Part shown: in pieces, positions 53,701-64,000 of the stretch
Layout of the letters: every line of letters begins with the position of its first letter
Position numbering within the stretch: the first letter of the stretch is position 1
DNA from: Eledone cirrhosa
Lineage: Eukaryota
Direction: 5' to 3'
Length of the DNA stretch: 64,000 bases
Assembly: GCA_964016885.1 (NCBI GenBank)
Contig: OZ024742.1
Location: 167,772,001 to 167,836,000, forward strand
Notes under the pieces: model-generated
Database searches by the model: none
What the model was told of the DNA's origin: nothing
What the model saw: the letters and a program-made list of their open reading frames with translations, nothing else
Program-made: the position numbers and the translations under genes

Positions 53701-56700
53701 GAGATAATTTCCAGCCGTCCAAGGGGAGATAATTTCCCGCCAGCGAAGAGAAGATAATTTTTTAAAAAATCAGGCGGAGATTGTAAAAAAAATCAGGGGG
53801 AGATAATTTGTAAAAAAATCAGGGGGAGATAATTTGTAAAAAAATCAAGGGGAGATAATTTCCAGCTGTCCAAGGGTAGGTAATATCTAGCCGTCCAAGG
53901 GGAGATAATTTCCAGCCGTCCAAGGGGAGATAATTTCCAGCCGTCCAAGGGTAGATAATATCCAGCCGTCCAAGGAGACATATTTTCCAGCCCTCCAAGG
54001 AGAGGTAATTTCTAGCCGTCCAAGTGGAGATAAATTCCAGCCTCCAAGGGGAGATAATTTCCAGCCAGCCAAGGGGAGATAATTTGTAAAAAAATCAGGG
54101 GGAGATAATTTGTAAAAAAAATCAGGGGGAGATAATTTGTACAAAAAATCAGGGGTAGATAATTTGTAAAAAAAAATCAGGGGGAGATAATTTGTAAAAA
54201 GAATCAAGGGGAGATAATTTGCAGCCGTCCAAGGGGAGATAATTTCCCGCCAGCCAAGGGAAGATAATATTTAAAAAAATCAGGCGGATATAATTTGTAA
54301 AAAAAATCAGGGGGAGATAATTTGTAAAAAAATCAGGGGGAGATAATTTGTAAAAAAAAAATCAGGGGGAGATTTGTAAAAAAAATCAGGGGGAGATAAT
54401 TTGTAAAAAAAAATCAGGGGTAGATAATTTGTAAAAAAAAATCAGGAGTAGATAATTTGTAAAAAAAAATCAGGGGGAGATAATTTGTAAAAAAAATCTA
54501 GGGGAGATAATTTGCAGCCGTCCAAGGGGAGATAATTTTCAGTCGTCCAAGGAGAGGTAATTTCTAGCCGTCCAAGGGGAGATAATTTCCAGCCGTCCAA
54601 GGGGAGATAATTTCCAGCCGTCCAAGGGGAGATAATTTTTTTTTAAAAATCAGGCGGAGATAATTTGTAAAAAAAATCAGGGGGAGATAATTTGTAAAAA
54701 AAAATCAGGGGGAGATAATTTGTAAAAAAAAATCAGGGGGAGATAATTTGTAAAAAAAATCAAGGAGAGATAATTTCCAGCCGTCCAAGGGAAGATAATT
54801 TCAAGCCCTCCAAGGGGCTATAATTTCCAGTGTCCAAGGGGAGATAATTTCCAGCCAGCGAAGGGGAGATAATTTTTTTTTAAAAATCAGGGGGAGATTT
54901 GTAAAAAAAATCAGGGGGAGATAATTTGTAAAAAAAATCAAGGGGAGATAATTTCCAGCCGTCGAAGGGAAGATAATTTCCAGCCCTCCAAGGGGCTATA
55001 ATTTCCAGCGTCCAAGGGGAGATAATTTCCAGCCAGCGAAGGGGAGATAATTTTTTAAAAAAAATCATTGGGAGATTTGTAAAAAAAATCAGGGAGAGAT
55101 AATTTGTAAAAAAAATCAAGGGGAGATAATTTCCAGCCGTCCAAGGGGAGGTAATATCTAGCCGTCCAAGGGGAGATAATTTCCAGCCGTCCAAGGGGAG
55201 ATAATTTCCAGCCGTCCAAGGGTAGATAATATCCAGCCGTCCAAGTAGACATTTTCCAGCCGTCCAAGGAGAGGTAATTTCTAGCCGTCCAAGGGGAGAT
55301 AAATTCCAGCCTCCAAGGGGAGATAATTTCCAGCCAGCCAAGGGGAGATAATTTGTAAAAAAATCAGGGGGAGATAATTTGTAAAAAAAATCAGGGGGAG
55401 ATAATTTGTAAAAAAAAATCAGGGGGAGATAATTTGTAAAAAAAAATCAGGGGGAGATAATTTGTAAAAAAAAATCAGGGGGAGATAATTTGTAAAAAAA
55501 ATCAAGGGGAGATAATTTCCAGCCGTCCAAGGGGAGATAATTTTCAGCCGTCCAAGGGGAGATAATTTCCAGCCGTCCAAGGGGAGATAATTTCCATCCC
55601 TCCAAGGGGAGATAATTTCCAGCCGTCCAAGGGGAGATAATTTCCCGCCAACCAAGGGAAGATAATTTTTAAAAAAATCAGGCGGAGATTGTAAAAAAAA
55701 TCAGGGGGAGATAATTTGTAAAAAAATCAGGGGGAGATAATTTGTAAAAAAAAAATCAGGGGGAGATAATTTGTAAAAAAAATAAGGGGGAGATAATTTG
55801 TAAAAAAAAATCAAGGGGAGATAATTTGTACAAAAAATCAGGGGTATATAATTTGTAAAAAAAAATCAGGGGGAGATAATTTGTAAAAAAAAATCAGGGG
55901 GAGATAATTTGTAAAAAAAATCAAGGGGAGATAATTTGCAGCCGTCCAAGGAGAGATAATTTTCAGCCGTCCAAGGAGAGGTAATTTCTAGCCGTCCAAG
56001 GTGAGATAATATCCAGCCGTCCAAGGGGAGATAATTTCCAGCCGTCCAAGGGGAGATAATTTTAAAAAAAAAACAGGCGAAGATAATTTGTAAAAAAAAA
56101 TCAGGGGGAGGTAATTTGTAAAAAAAATCAAGGGGAGATAATTTCCAGCCGTCCAAGGGAAGATAATTTCCAGCCCTCCAAGGGGCTATAATTTCCAGCG
56201 TCCAAGGGGAGATAATTTCCAGCCAGCGAAAGGGGAGATAATTTTTTTTTTTTTAAATCAGGGGAACATAATTTGTAAAAAAAATCAGGGGGAGATAATT
56301 TGTAAAAAAAATCAAGGGGAGATAATTTGTAAAAAAAAATCAGGGGGAGATAATTTGTAAAAAAAAATCAGGGGGAGATAATTTGTAAAAAAAATCAAGG
56401 GGAGATAATTTGTAAAAAAAAATCAAGGGGAGATAATTTCCAGCCGTCCAAGGGGAGATAATTTTCAGCCGTCCAAGGGGAGATAATTTCCCGCCAGCCA
56501 AGGAAAGATAATATTTAAAAAAATCAGGCGGAGATAATTTGTAAAAAAAATCAGGGGGAGATAATTTGTAAAAAAATCAGGGGGAGATAATTTGTAAAAA
56601 AAAAATCAGGGGTAGATAATTTGTAAAAAAAAATCAGGGGGAGATAATTTGTAAAAAAAAATCAGGGGGAGATAATTTGTAAAAAAAATCAATTGGAGAT

Positions 56701-58966
56701 AATTTCCAGCCGTCCAAGGGGAGATAATTTTCAGCCGTCCAAGGAGAGGTAATTTCTAGACGTCCAAGGGGAGAAAATTTCCAGCCGTCCAAGGGGAGAT
56801 AATTTCCAGCCGTCCAAGGGTAGATAATATCCAGCCGTCCAAGGAGACATATTTTCCAGCTTTCCAAGGAGAGGTAATTTCTATCCGTCCAAGGGGAGAT
56901 AAATTCCAGCCTCCAAGGGGAGATAATTTCCAGCCAGCCAAGGGGAGATAATTTGTAAAAAAATCAGGGGGAGATAATTTGTAAAAAAAATCAGGGGGAG
57001 ATAATTTGTAAAAAAAATCAGGGGGAGATAATTTGTAAAAAAAATCAGGGGGAGATAATTTGTAAAAAAAATCAAGGGGAGATAATTTCCAGCCGTCCAA
57101 GGGGAGATAATTTTCAGCCGTCCAAGGGGAGATAATTTCCCGCCAGCCAAGGGAAGATAATATTTAAAAAATGAGGCGGAGATAATTTGTAAAAAAAATC
57201 AGGGGGAGATAATTTGTAAAAAAATCAGGGGGAGATAATTTGTAAAAAAAAAATCAGGGGGAGATAATTTGTAAAAAAAATCAGGGGGAGATAATTTGTA
57301 AAAAAAAATCAGGGGTAGATAATTTGTAAAAAAAAATCAGGGGGAGATAATTTGTAAAAAAAATCAGGGGGAGATAATTTGTAAAAAAAATCAAGGGGAG
57401 ATAATTTCCAGCCGTCCAAGGGAAGATAATTTCAAGCCCTCCAAGGGGCTATAATTTCCAGTGTCCAAGGGGAGATAATTTCCAGCCAGCGAAGGGGAGA
57501 TAATTTTTTTTTAAAAATCAGGGGGAGATTTGTAAAAAAAATCAGGGGGAGATAATTTGTAAAAAAAATCAAAGGGAGATAATTTCCAGCCGTCCAAAGA
57601 GAGATAATTTCTAGCCGTCCAAGGGGAGATAATTTCGAGCCAAGGGGAGATAATTTCCAGCCGTCCAAGGGGAGATAATTTTTTAAAAAATCAGGTGGAG
57701 ATAATTTGTAAAAAAAATCAGGGGGAGATAATTTGTAAAAACAAAATCAAGGGCAGATAATTTCCAGCTGTCCAAGGGGAGATAATTTCCAGCCGTACAA
57801 GGGGAGATAATTTCCAGCCGTCCAAGGGGAGATAATTTCCATCCTTCCAAGGGGAGATAATTTCCAGCCGTCCAAGGGGAGATAATTTCCCGCCAGCCAA
57901 GGGAAGATAATTTTTTAAAAAATCAGGCGGAGATTGTAAAAAAAATCAGGGGGAGATAATTTGTAAAAAAAATCAAGGGGAGATAATTTCCAGCCGTCCA
58001 AGGGGAGATAATTTCCAGCCGTCCAAGGGGAGATAAATTTTTTAAAAAAAATCAGGCGGAGATAATTTGTAAAAAAAATCAGGGGGAGATAATTTGTAAA
58101 AAAAAATCAGGGGGAGATAATTTGTAAAAAAAATCAGGGGGAGATAATTTCCAGCCGTCCAAGGTAAGATAATTTCCAGTCCTCCAAGGGGCTATAATTT
58201 CCAGCATCCAAGGGGAGATAATTTCCAGCCGTCCAAGGGTAGATAATATCCAGCCGTCCAAGTAGACATATTTTCCAGCCGTCCAAGGAGAGGTAATTTC
58301 TAGCCGTCCAAGGGGAGATAAATTCCAGCCTCCAAGGGGAGATAATTTCCAGCCAGCCAAGGGGAGATAATTTGTAAAAAAATCAGGGGGAGATAATTTG
58401 TAAAAAAAATCAGGGGGAGATAATTTGTAAAAAAAAATCAGGGTGAGATAATTTGTAAAAAAAAATCAGGGGGAGATAATTTCCAGCCGTCCAAGGGGAG
58501 ATAATTATCAGCCGTCCAAGGGTAGATAATATCCAGCCGTCCAAGTAGACATTTTCCAGCCGTCCAAGGAGAGGTAATTTCTAGCCGTCCAAGGGGAGAT
58601 AAATTCCAGCCTCCAAGGGGAGATAATTTCCAGCCAGCCAAGAAGAGATAATTTGTAAAAAAAAATCAGGGGGAGATAATTTGTAAAAAAAAATCAGGGG
58701 GAGATAATTTGTAAAAAAAAATCAGGGGGAGATAATTTGTAAAAAAAATCAAGGGGAGATAATTTCCAGCCGTCCAAGGGGAGATAATTTTCAGCCGTCC
58801 AAGGGGAGATAATTTCCAGCCGTCCAAGGGGAGATAATTTCCATCCTTCCAAGGGGAGATAATTTCCAGCCTTCCAAGGGGAGATAATTTTCAGCCGTCC
58901 AAGGGGAGATGATTTCCCGCCAGCCAAGGGAAGATAATATTTTAAAAAATCAGGCGGAGATAATTT

Positions 58967-61900
58967 GTAAAAAAAATCAGGGGGAGATAATTTGTAAAAA
59001 AATCAGGGGGAGATAATTTGTAAAAAAAAAATCAGGGGGAGATAATTTGTAAAAAAAATCAGGGGGAGATAATTTGTAAAAAAAAATCAGGGGTAGATAA
59101 TTTGTAAAAAAAAATCAGGGGGAGATAATTTGTAAAAAAAAATCAGGGGGAGATGATTTGTAAAAAAAAATCAAGGGGAGATAATTTCCAGCCGTCCAAG
59201 GAGAGATAATTTTAAAAAAAAATCAGGCGGAGATAATTTGTAAAAAAAATCAAGGGGAGATAATTTGTAAAAAAAAATCAGGGGGAGATAATTTGTAAAA
59301 AAAATCAAGGGGAGATAATTTCCAGCCGTCCAAGGGAAGATAATTTCCAGCACTCCAAGGGGCTATAATTTCCAGTGTCCAAGGGGAGATAATTTCCAGC
59401 CAGCGAAGGGGAGATAATTTTTTTTAAAAAATCAGGGGGAGATATGTAAAAAAAATCAGAGGGAGATAATTTCTAAAAAAAATCAAAGGGAGATAATTTC
59501 CAGCCGTCCAAAGAGAGATAATTTCTAGCCGTCCAAGGGGAGATAATTTCCAGCCAAGGGAAGATAATTTCCAGCCGTCCAAGGGGAGATAATTATTTAA
59601 AAAATCAGGTGGAGATAATTTGTAAAAAAAATCAGGGGGAGATAATTTGTAAAAACAAAATCAAGGGCAGATAATTTCCAGCTGTCCAAGGGGAGATAAT
59701 TTCCAGCCGTGCAAGGGGAGATAATTTCCAGCCGTCCAAGGGGAGATAATTTCCATCCTTCCAAGGGGAGATAATCTCCAGCCGTCCAAGGGGAGATAAT
59801 TTCCCGCCAGCCAAGGGAAGATAATTTTTAAAAAAATCAGGCGGAGATTGTAAAAAAAATCAGGGGGAGATAATTTGTAAAAAAATCAGGGGGAGATAAT
59901 TTGTAAAAAAAAAATCAGGGGAGATAATTTGTAAAAAAAAATCAGGGGGAGATAATTTGTAAAAAAAAAATCAGGGGGAGATAATTTGTAAAAAAAAATC
60001 AGGGGGAGATAATTTGTAAAAAAAAATCAAGGGGAGATAATTTGTAAAAAAAATCAGGGGGAGATAATTAGTAAAAAAATCAAGGGGAGATAATTTCCAG
60101 CCGTCCAAGGGGAGGTATTATCTAGCCGTCCAAGGGGAGATAATTTCCAGCCGTCCAAGGGGAGATAATTTCCAGCCGTCCAAGGGCAGATAATATCCAG
60201 CCGTCCAAGTAGACATATTTTCCAGCCGTCCAAGGAGAGGTAATTTCTAGCCGTCCAAGGGGAGATAAATTCCAGCCTCCAAGGGGAGATAATTTCCAGC
60301 CAGCCAAGGGGAGATAATTTGTAAAAAAATCAGGGGGAGATAATTTGTAAAAAAAATCAGGGGGAGATGATTTGTAAAAAAAAATCAGGGGGAGATAATT
60401 TGTAAAAAAAATCAGGGGGAGATAATTTGTAAAAAAAAATCAGGGGGTGATAATTTGTAAAAAAAAATCAGGGGGAGATAATTTGTAAAAAAAAATCAGG
60501 GGGAGATAATTTGTAAAAAAAATCAAGGGGAGATAATTTCCAGCCGTCCAAGGGGAGATAATTTCCAGCCGTCCAAGGGGAGGTAATATCTAGCCGTCCA
60601 AGGGGAGATAATTTCCAGCCGTCCAAGAGGAGATAATTTCCAGCCGTCCAAGGGAAGATAATTTCAAGCCCTCCAAGGGGCTATAATTTCCAGTGTCCAA
60701 GGGGAGATAATTTCCAGCCAGCGAAGGGGAGATAATTTTTTTTTAAAAATCAGGGGGAGATTTGTAAAAAAAATCAGGGGGAGATAATTTGTAAAAAAAA
60801 TCAAGGGGAGATAAATTCCAGCCGTCGAAGGGAAGATAATTTCCAGCCCTCCAAGGGGCTATAATTTCCAGCGTCCAAGGGGAGATAATTTCCAGCCAGC
60901 GAAGGGGAGATAATTTTTTAAAAAAAATCATTGGGAGATTTGTAAAAAAAATCAGGGAGAGATAATTTGTAAAAAAAATCAAGGGGAGATAATTTCCAGC
61001 CGTCCAAGGGGAGGTAATATCTAGCCGTCCAAGGGGAGATAATTTCCAGCCGTCCAAGGGGAGATAATTTCCAGCCGTCCAAGGGTAGATAATATCCAGC
61101 CGTCCAAGTAGACATTTTCCAGCCGTCCAAGGAGAGGTAATTTCTAGCCGTCCAAGGGGAGATAAATTCCAGCCTCCAAGGGGAGATAATTTGTAAAAAA
61201 ATCAGGGGGAGATAATTTGTAAAAAAAATCAGGGGGAGATAATTTGTAAAAAAAATCAGGGGGAGATAATTTGTAAAAAAAAATCAGGGGGAGATAATTT
61301 GTAAAAAAAAATCAGGGGGAGATAATTTGTAAAAAAAATCAAGGGGAGATAATTTCCAGCCGTCCAAGGGGAGATAATTTTCAGCCGTCCAAGGGCAGAT
61401 AATTTCCAGCCGTCCAAGGGGAGATAATTTCCAGCCGTCCAAGGGGAGATAATTTCCAGCCGTCCAAGGGGAGATAGTTTTTTTAAAAAAATCAGGCGGA
61501 GATAATTTGTAAAAAAAAAATCAGGGGGAGATAATTTGTAAAAAAAAATCAGGGGGAGATAATTTGTAAAAAAAAATCAAGGGGAGATAATTTGTAAAAA
61601 AAATCAGGGGGAGATAATTAGTAAAAAAATCAAGGGGAGATAATTTCCAGCCGTCCAAGGGGAGGTAATATCTAGCCGTCCAAGGGGAGATAATTTCCAG
61701 CCGTCCAAGGGGAGATAATTTCCAGCCGTCCAAGGGTAGATAATATCCAGCCGTCCAAGTAGACATATTTTCCAGCCGTCCAAGGAGAGGTAATTTCTAG
61801 CCGTCCAAGGGGAGATAAATTCCAGCCTCCAAGGGGAGATAATTTCCAGCCAGCCAAGGGGAGATAATTTGTAAAAAAATCAGGGGGAGATAATTTGTAA

Positions 61901-64000
61901 AAAAAATCAGGGGGAGATAATTTGTAAAAAAAATCAGGGGGAGATAATTTGTAAAAAAAAATCAGGGGGAGATAATTTGTAAAAAAAAATCAGGGGGAGA
62001 TAATTTGTAAAAAAAAATCAGGGGGAGATAATTTGTAAAAAAAATCAAGGGGAGATAATTTCCAGCCGTCCAAGGGGAGATAATTTCCAGCCGTCCAAGG
62101 GGAGGTAATATCTAGCCGTCCAAGGGGAGATAATTTCCAGCCGTCCAAGAGGAGATAATTTCCAGCCGTCCAAGGGAAGATAATTTCAAGCCCTCCAAGG
62201 GGCTATAATTTCCAGTGTCCAAGGGGAGATAATTTCCAGCCAGCGAAGGGGAGATAATTTTTTTTTTAAAATCAGGGGGAGATTTGTAAAAAAAATCAGG
62301 GGGAGATAATTTGTAAAAAAAATCAAGGGGAGATAATTTCCAGCCGTCGAAGGGGAGATAATTTCCAGCCAGCGAAGGGGAGATAATTTTTTTTTAAAAA
62401 TCAGGGGGAGATTTGTAAAAAAAATCAGGGGGAGATAATTTGTAAAAAAAAATCAGGGGGAGATAATTTGTAAAAAAAATCAATTGGAGATAATTTCCAG
62501 CCGTCCAAGTAGAGATAATTTAAAAAAAAAATCAGGCGGAGATAATTTGTAAAAAAAAATCAGGGGGAGATAATTTGTAAAAAAAAATCAGGGGTAGATA
62601 ATTTGTAAAAAAAAATCAGGGGGATGATAATTTGTAAAAAAATCAGGGGGAGATAATTTGTAAAAAAAATCAAGGGGAGATAATTTCCAGCCGTCCAAGG
62701 AGAGATAATTTTAAAAAAAAATCAGGCGGAGATAATTTGTAAAAAAAAATCAGGGGGAGATAATTTGTAAAAAAAAATCAGGGGGAGATAATTTGTAAAA
62801 AAAATCAAGGGGAGATAATTTCCAGCCGTCGAAGGGAAGATAATTTCCAGCCCTCCAAGGGGCTATAATTTCCAGCGTCCAAGGGGAGATAATTTCCAGC
62901 CAGCGAAGGGGAGATAATTTTTTTTAAAAAATCATTGGGAGATTTGTAAAAAAAATCAGGGGGAGATAATTTGTAAAAAAAATCAAGGGGAGATAATTTC
63001 CAGCCGTCCAAGGGGAGGTAATATCTAGCCGTCCAAGGGGAGATAATTTCCAGCCGTCCAAGGGGAGATAATTTCCAGCCGTCCAAGGGTAGATAATATC
63101 CAGCCGTCCAAGTAGACATTTTCCAGCCGTCCAAGGAGAGGTAATTTCTAGCCGTCCAAGGGGAGATAAATTCCAGCCTCCAAGGGGAGATAATTTCCCG
63201 CCAGCCAAGGGAAGATAATTTTAAAAAAAATCAGGCGGAGATTGTAAAAAAAATCAGGGGGAGATAATTTGTAAAAAAATCAGGGGGAGATAATTTGTAA
63301 AAAAAAAATCAGGGGGAGATAATTTGTAAAAAAAAATCAGGGGGAGATAATTTGTAAAAAAATCAAGGGGAGATAATATGCAGCTGTCCAAGGGGAGATA
63401 ATTTTCAGCCGTCCAAGGGGAGATAATTTCCCGCCAGCCAAGGGAAGATAATATTTAAAAAAATCAGGGGGAGATAATTTGTAAAAAAAAATCAGGGGGA
63501 GATAATTTGTAAAAAAAATCAGGGGGAGATAATTTGTAAAAAAAATCAAGGGGAGATAATTTCCAGCCGTCCAAGGGAAGATAATTTCCAGCCCTCCAAG
63601 GGGCTATAATTTCCAACGTCCAAGGGGAGATAATTTCCAGCCAGCGAAGGGGAGATAATTTTTTTAAAAAATCACTGGGAGATTTGTAAAAAAAATCAGG
63701 GGGAGATAATTTGTAAAAAAAATCAAGGGGAGATAATTTCCAGCCGTCCAAAGAGAGATAATTTCTAGCCGTCCAAGGGGAGATAATTCCCAGCCAAGGG
63801 GAGATAATTTCCAGCCGTCCAAGGGGAGATAATTTTTAAAAAATCAGGTGGAGATAATTTGTAAAAAAAATCAGTGGAAGATAATTTGTAAATACAAAAT
63901 CAAGGGCAGATAATTTCCAGCCGTCCAAGGGGAGATAATTTCCCGCCAGCCAAGGTAGGATAATATTTAAAAAAATCAGGCGGAGATAATTTGTAAAAAA
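58967..64000 (+). repeat. Copy 2 of the segment at 1-5059, truncated by the window end
   Basis: Colinear with 1-5059. It differs by scattered substitutions and lacks one 25-bp CCAGCCAGCC monomer near 61190. Confidence 0.95.

Larger units (their letters stand above)
1..64000 (+). repeat. Composite satellite array of two related monomers: type A CAAGGGGAGATAATTTCCAGCCGTC (25 bp) and type B CAGGGGGAGATAATTTGT(A)7-10T (26-29 bp). It runs off both window ends.
   Basis: The GGAGATAATTT core recurs every ~21-30 bp from the first line to the last. I saw no non-repeat interruption and no inverted monomer. Confidence 0.99.

Noticed and set aside
204-63751. Numerous minus-strand ORFs of 60-172 aa with LDGWKLSPLGRLEIISPWTAGNYLP, LIFFTNYLP and DFFYKLSPP repeats
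   Set aside because: The reverse complement of the 25-mer has no stop in any frame, which has a chance of about (61/64)^25, or ~0.3, for a random 25-mer. The + strand has TAA in every core. The ORFs overlap in several frames, mostly start at TTG from the repeat, and are frameshifted by A-tract length. Nothing indicates coding selection.
1-64000. CRISPR-like array (constant repeat plus variable spacer)
   Set aside because: The core is only 16 bp. The spacers are 9-13 bp and fall into two recurring classes instead of being unique, and there are no cas genes or leader.
1-64000. Telomeric repeat made by telomerase
   Set aside because: Telomere units of ~25 bp exist in some yeasts. However, two interleaved unit types, inherited variant cassettes and multi-kb duplications over 64 kb indicate recombinational amplification. 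A subtelomeric location cannot be excluded.
1-64000. Canonical G-quadruplex array
   Set aside because: The G runs are separated by about 21-24 nt, much longer than typical stable G4 loops.
1-64000. Plasmid iterons, Borg-type tandem repeats or Shine-Dalgarno (GGAG) sites
   Set aside because: There are no rep or other genes. Such arrays are far shorter and lie among coding sequence, and GGAG is simply part of the core.
1-64000. Whole array as a low-complexity sequencing artifact
   Set aside because: Rare variants and homopolymer lengths recur in identical order at distant positions, which random error would not produce. The copy number of the large duplications could still be misassembled.

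Overview
The whole 64 kb window is one uninterrupted, head-to-tail satellite-type tandem array. I see no credible genes, RNA genes, transposons or unique sequence. It is built from two related monomers that share a 16-bp core, CA(A/G)GGGGAGATAATTT. Type A is the core plus CCAGCCGTC (25 bp). Type B is the core plus GT(A)7-10T (26-29 bp). There are roughly 2,400-2,500 monomers (64,000/~26), all in one orientation. Short runs of A alternate with short runs of B. Variant monomers occur in fixed-order cassettes that are reshuffled and re-duplicated at many scales: about 1, 1.6, 3-4, 6.6, 8.5, 10, 12.7, 26 and 59 kb. The last ~5 kb is a near-identical copy of the first ~5 kb. The listed ORFs are all minus-strand read-throughs of the repeat. 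The most unusual observations are the modular two-monomer grammar, position-specific A-tract lengths (8-7-10-8-9), TnAm junction tracts whose boundary slides while total length stays fixed, and the ~59 kb super-period. The organism and function cannot be determined from the sequence. A eukaryotic heterochromatic or centromeric satellite is the most likely inference. Offsets were derived by eye and from the ORF coordinates, so segment boundaries are approximate.
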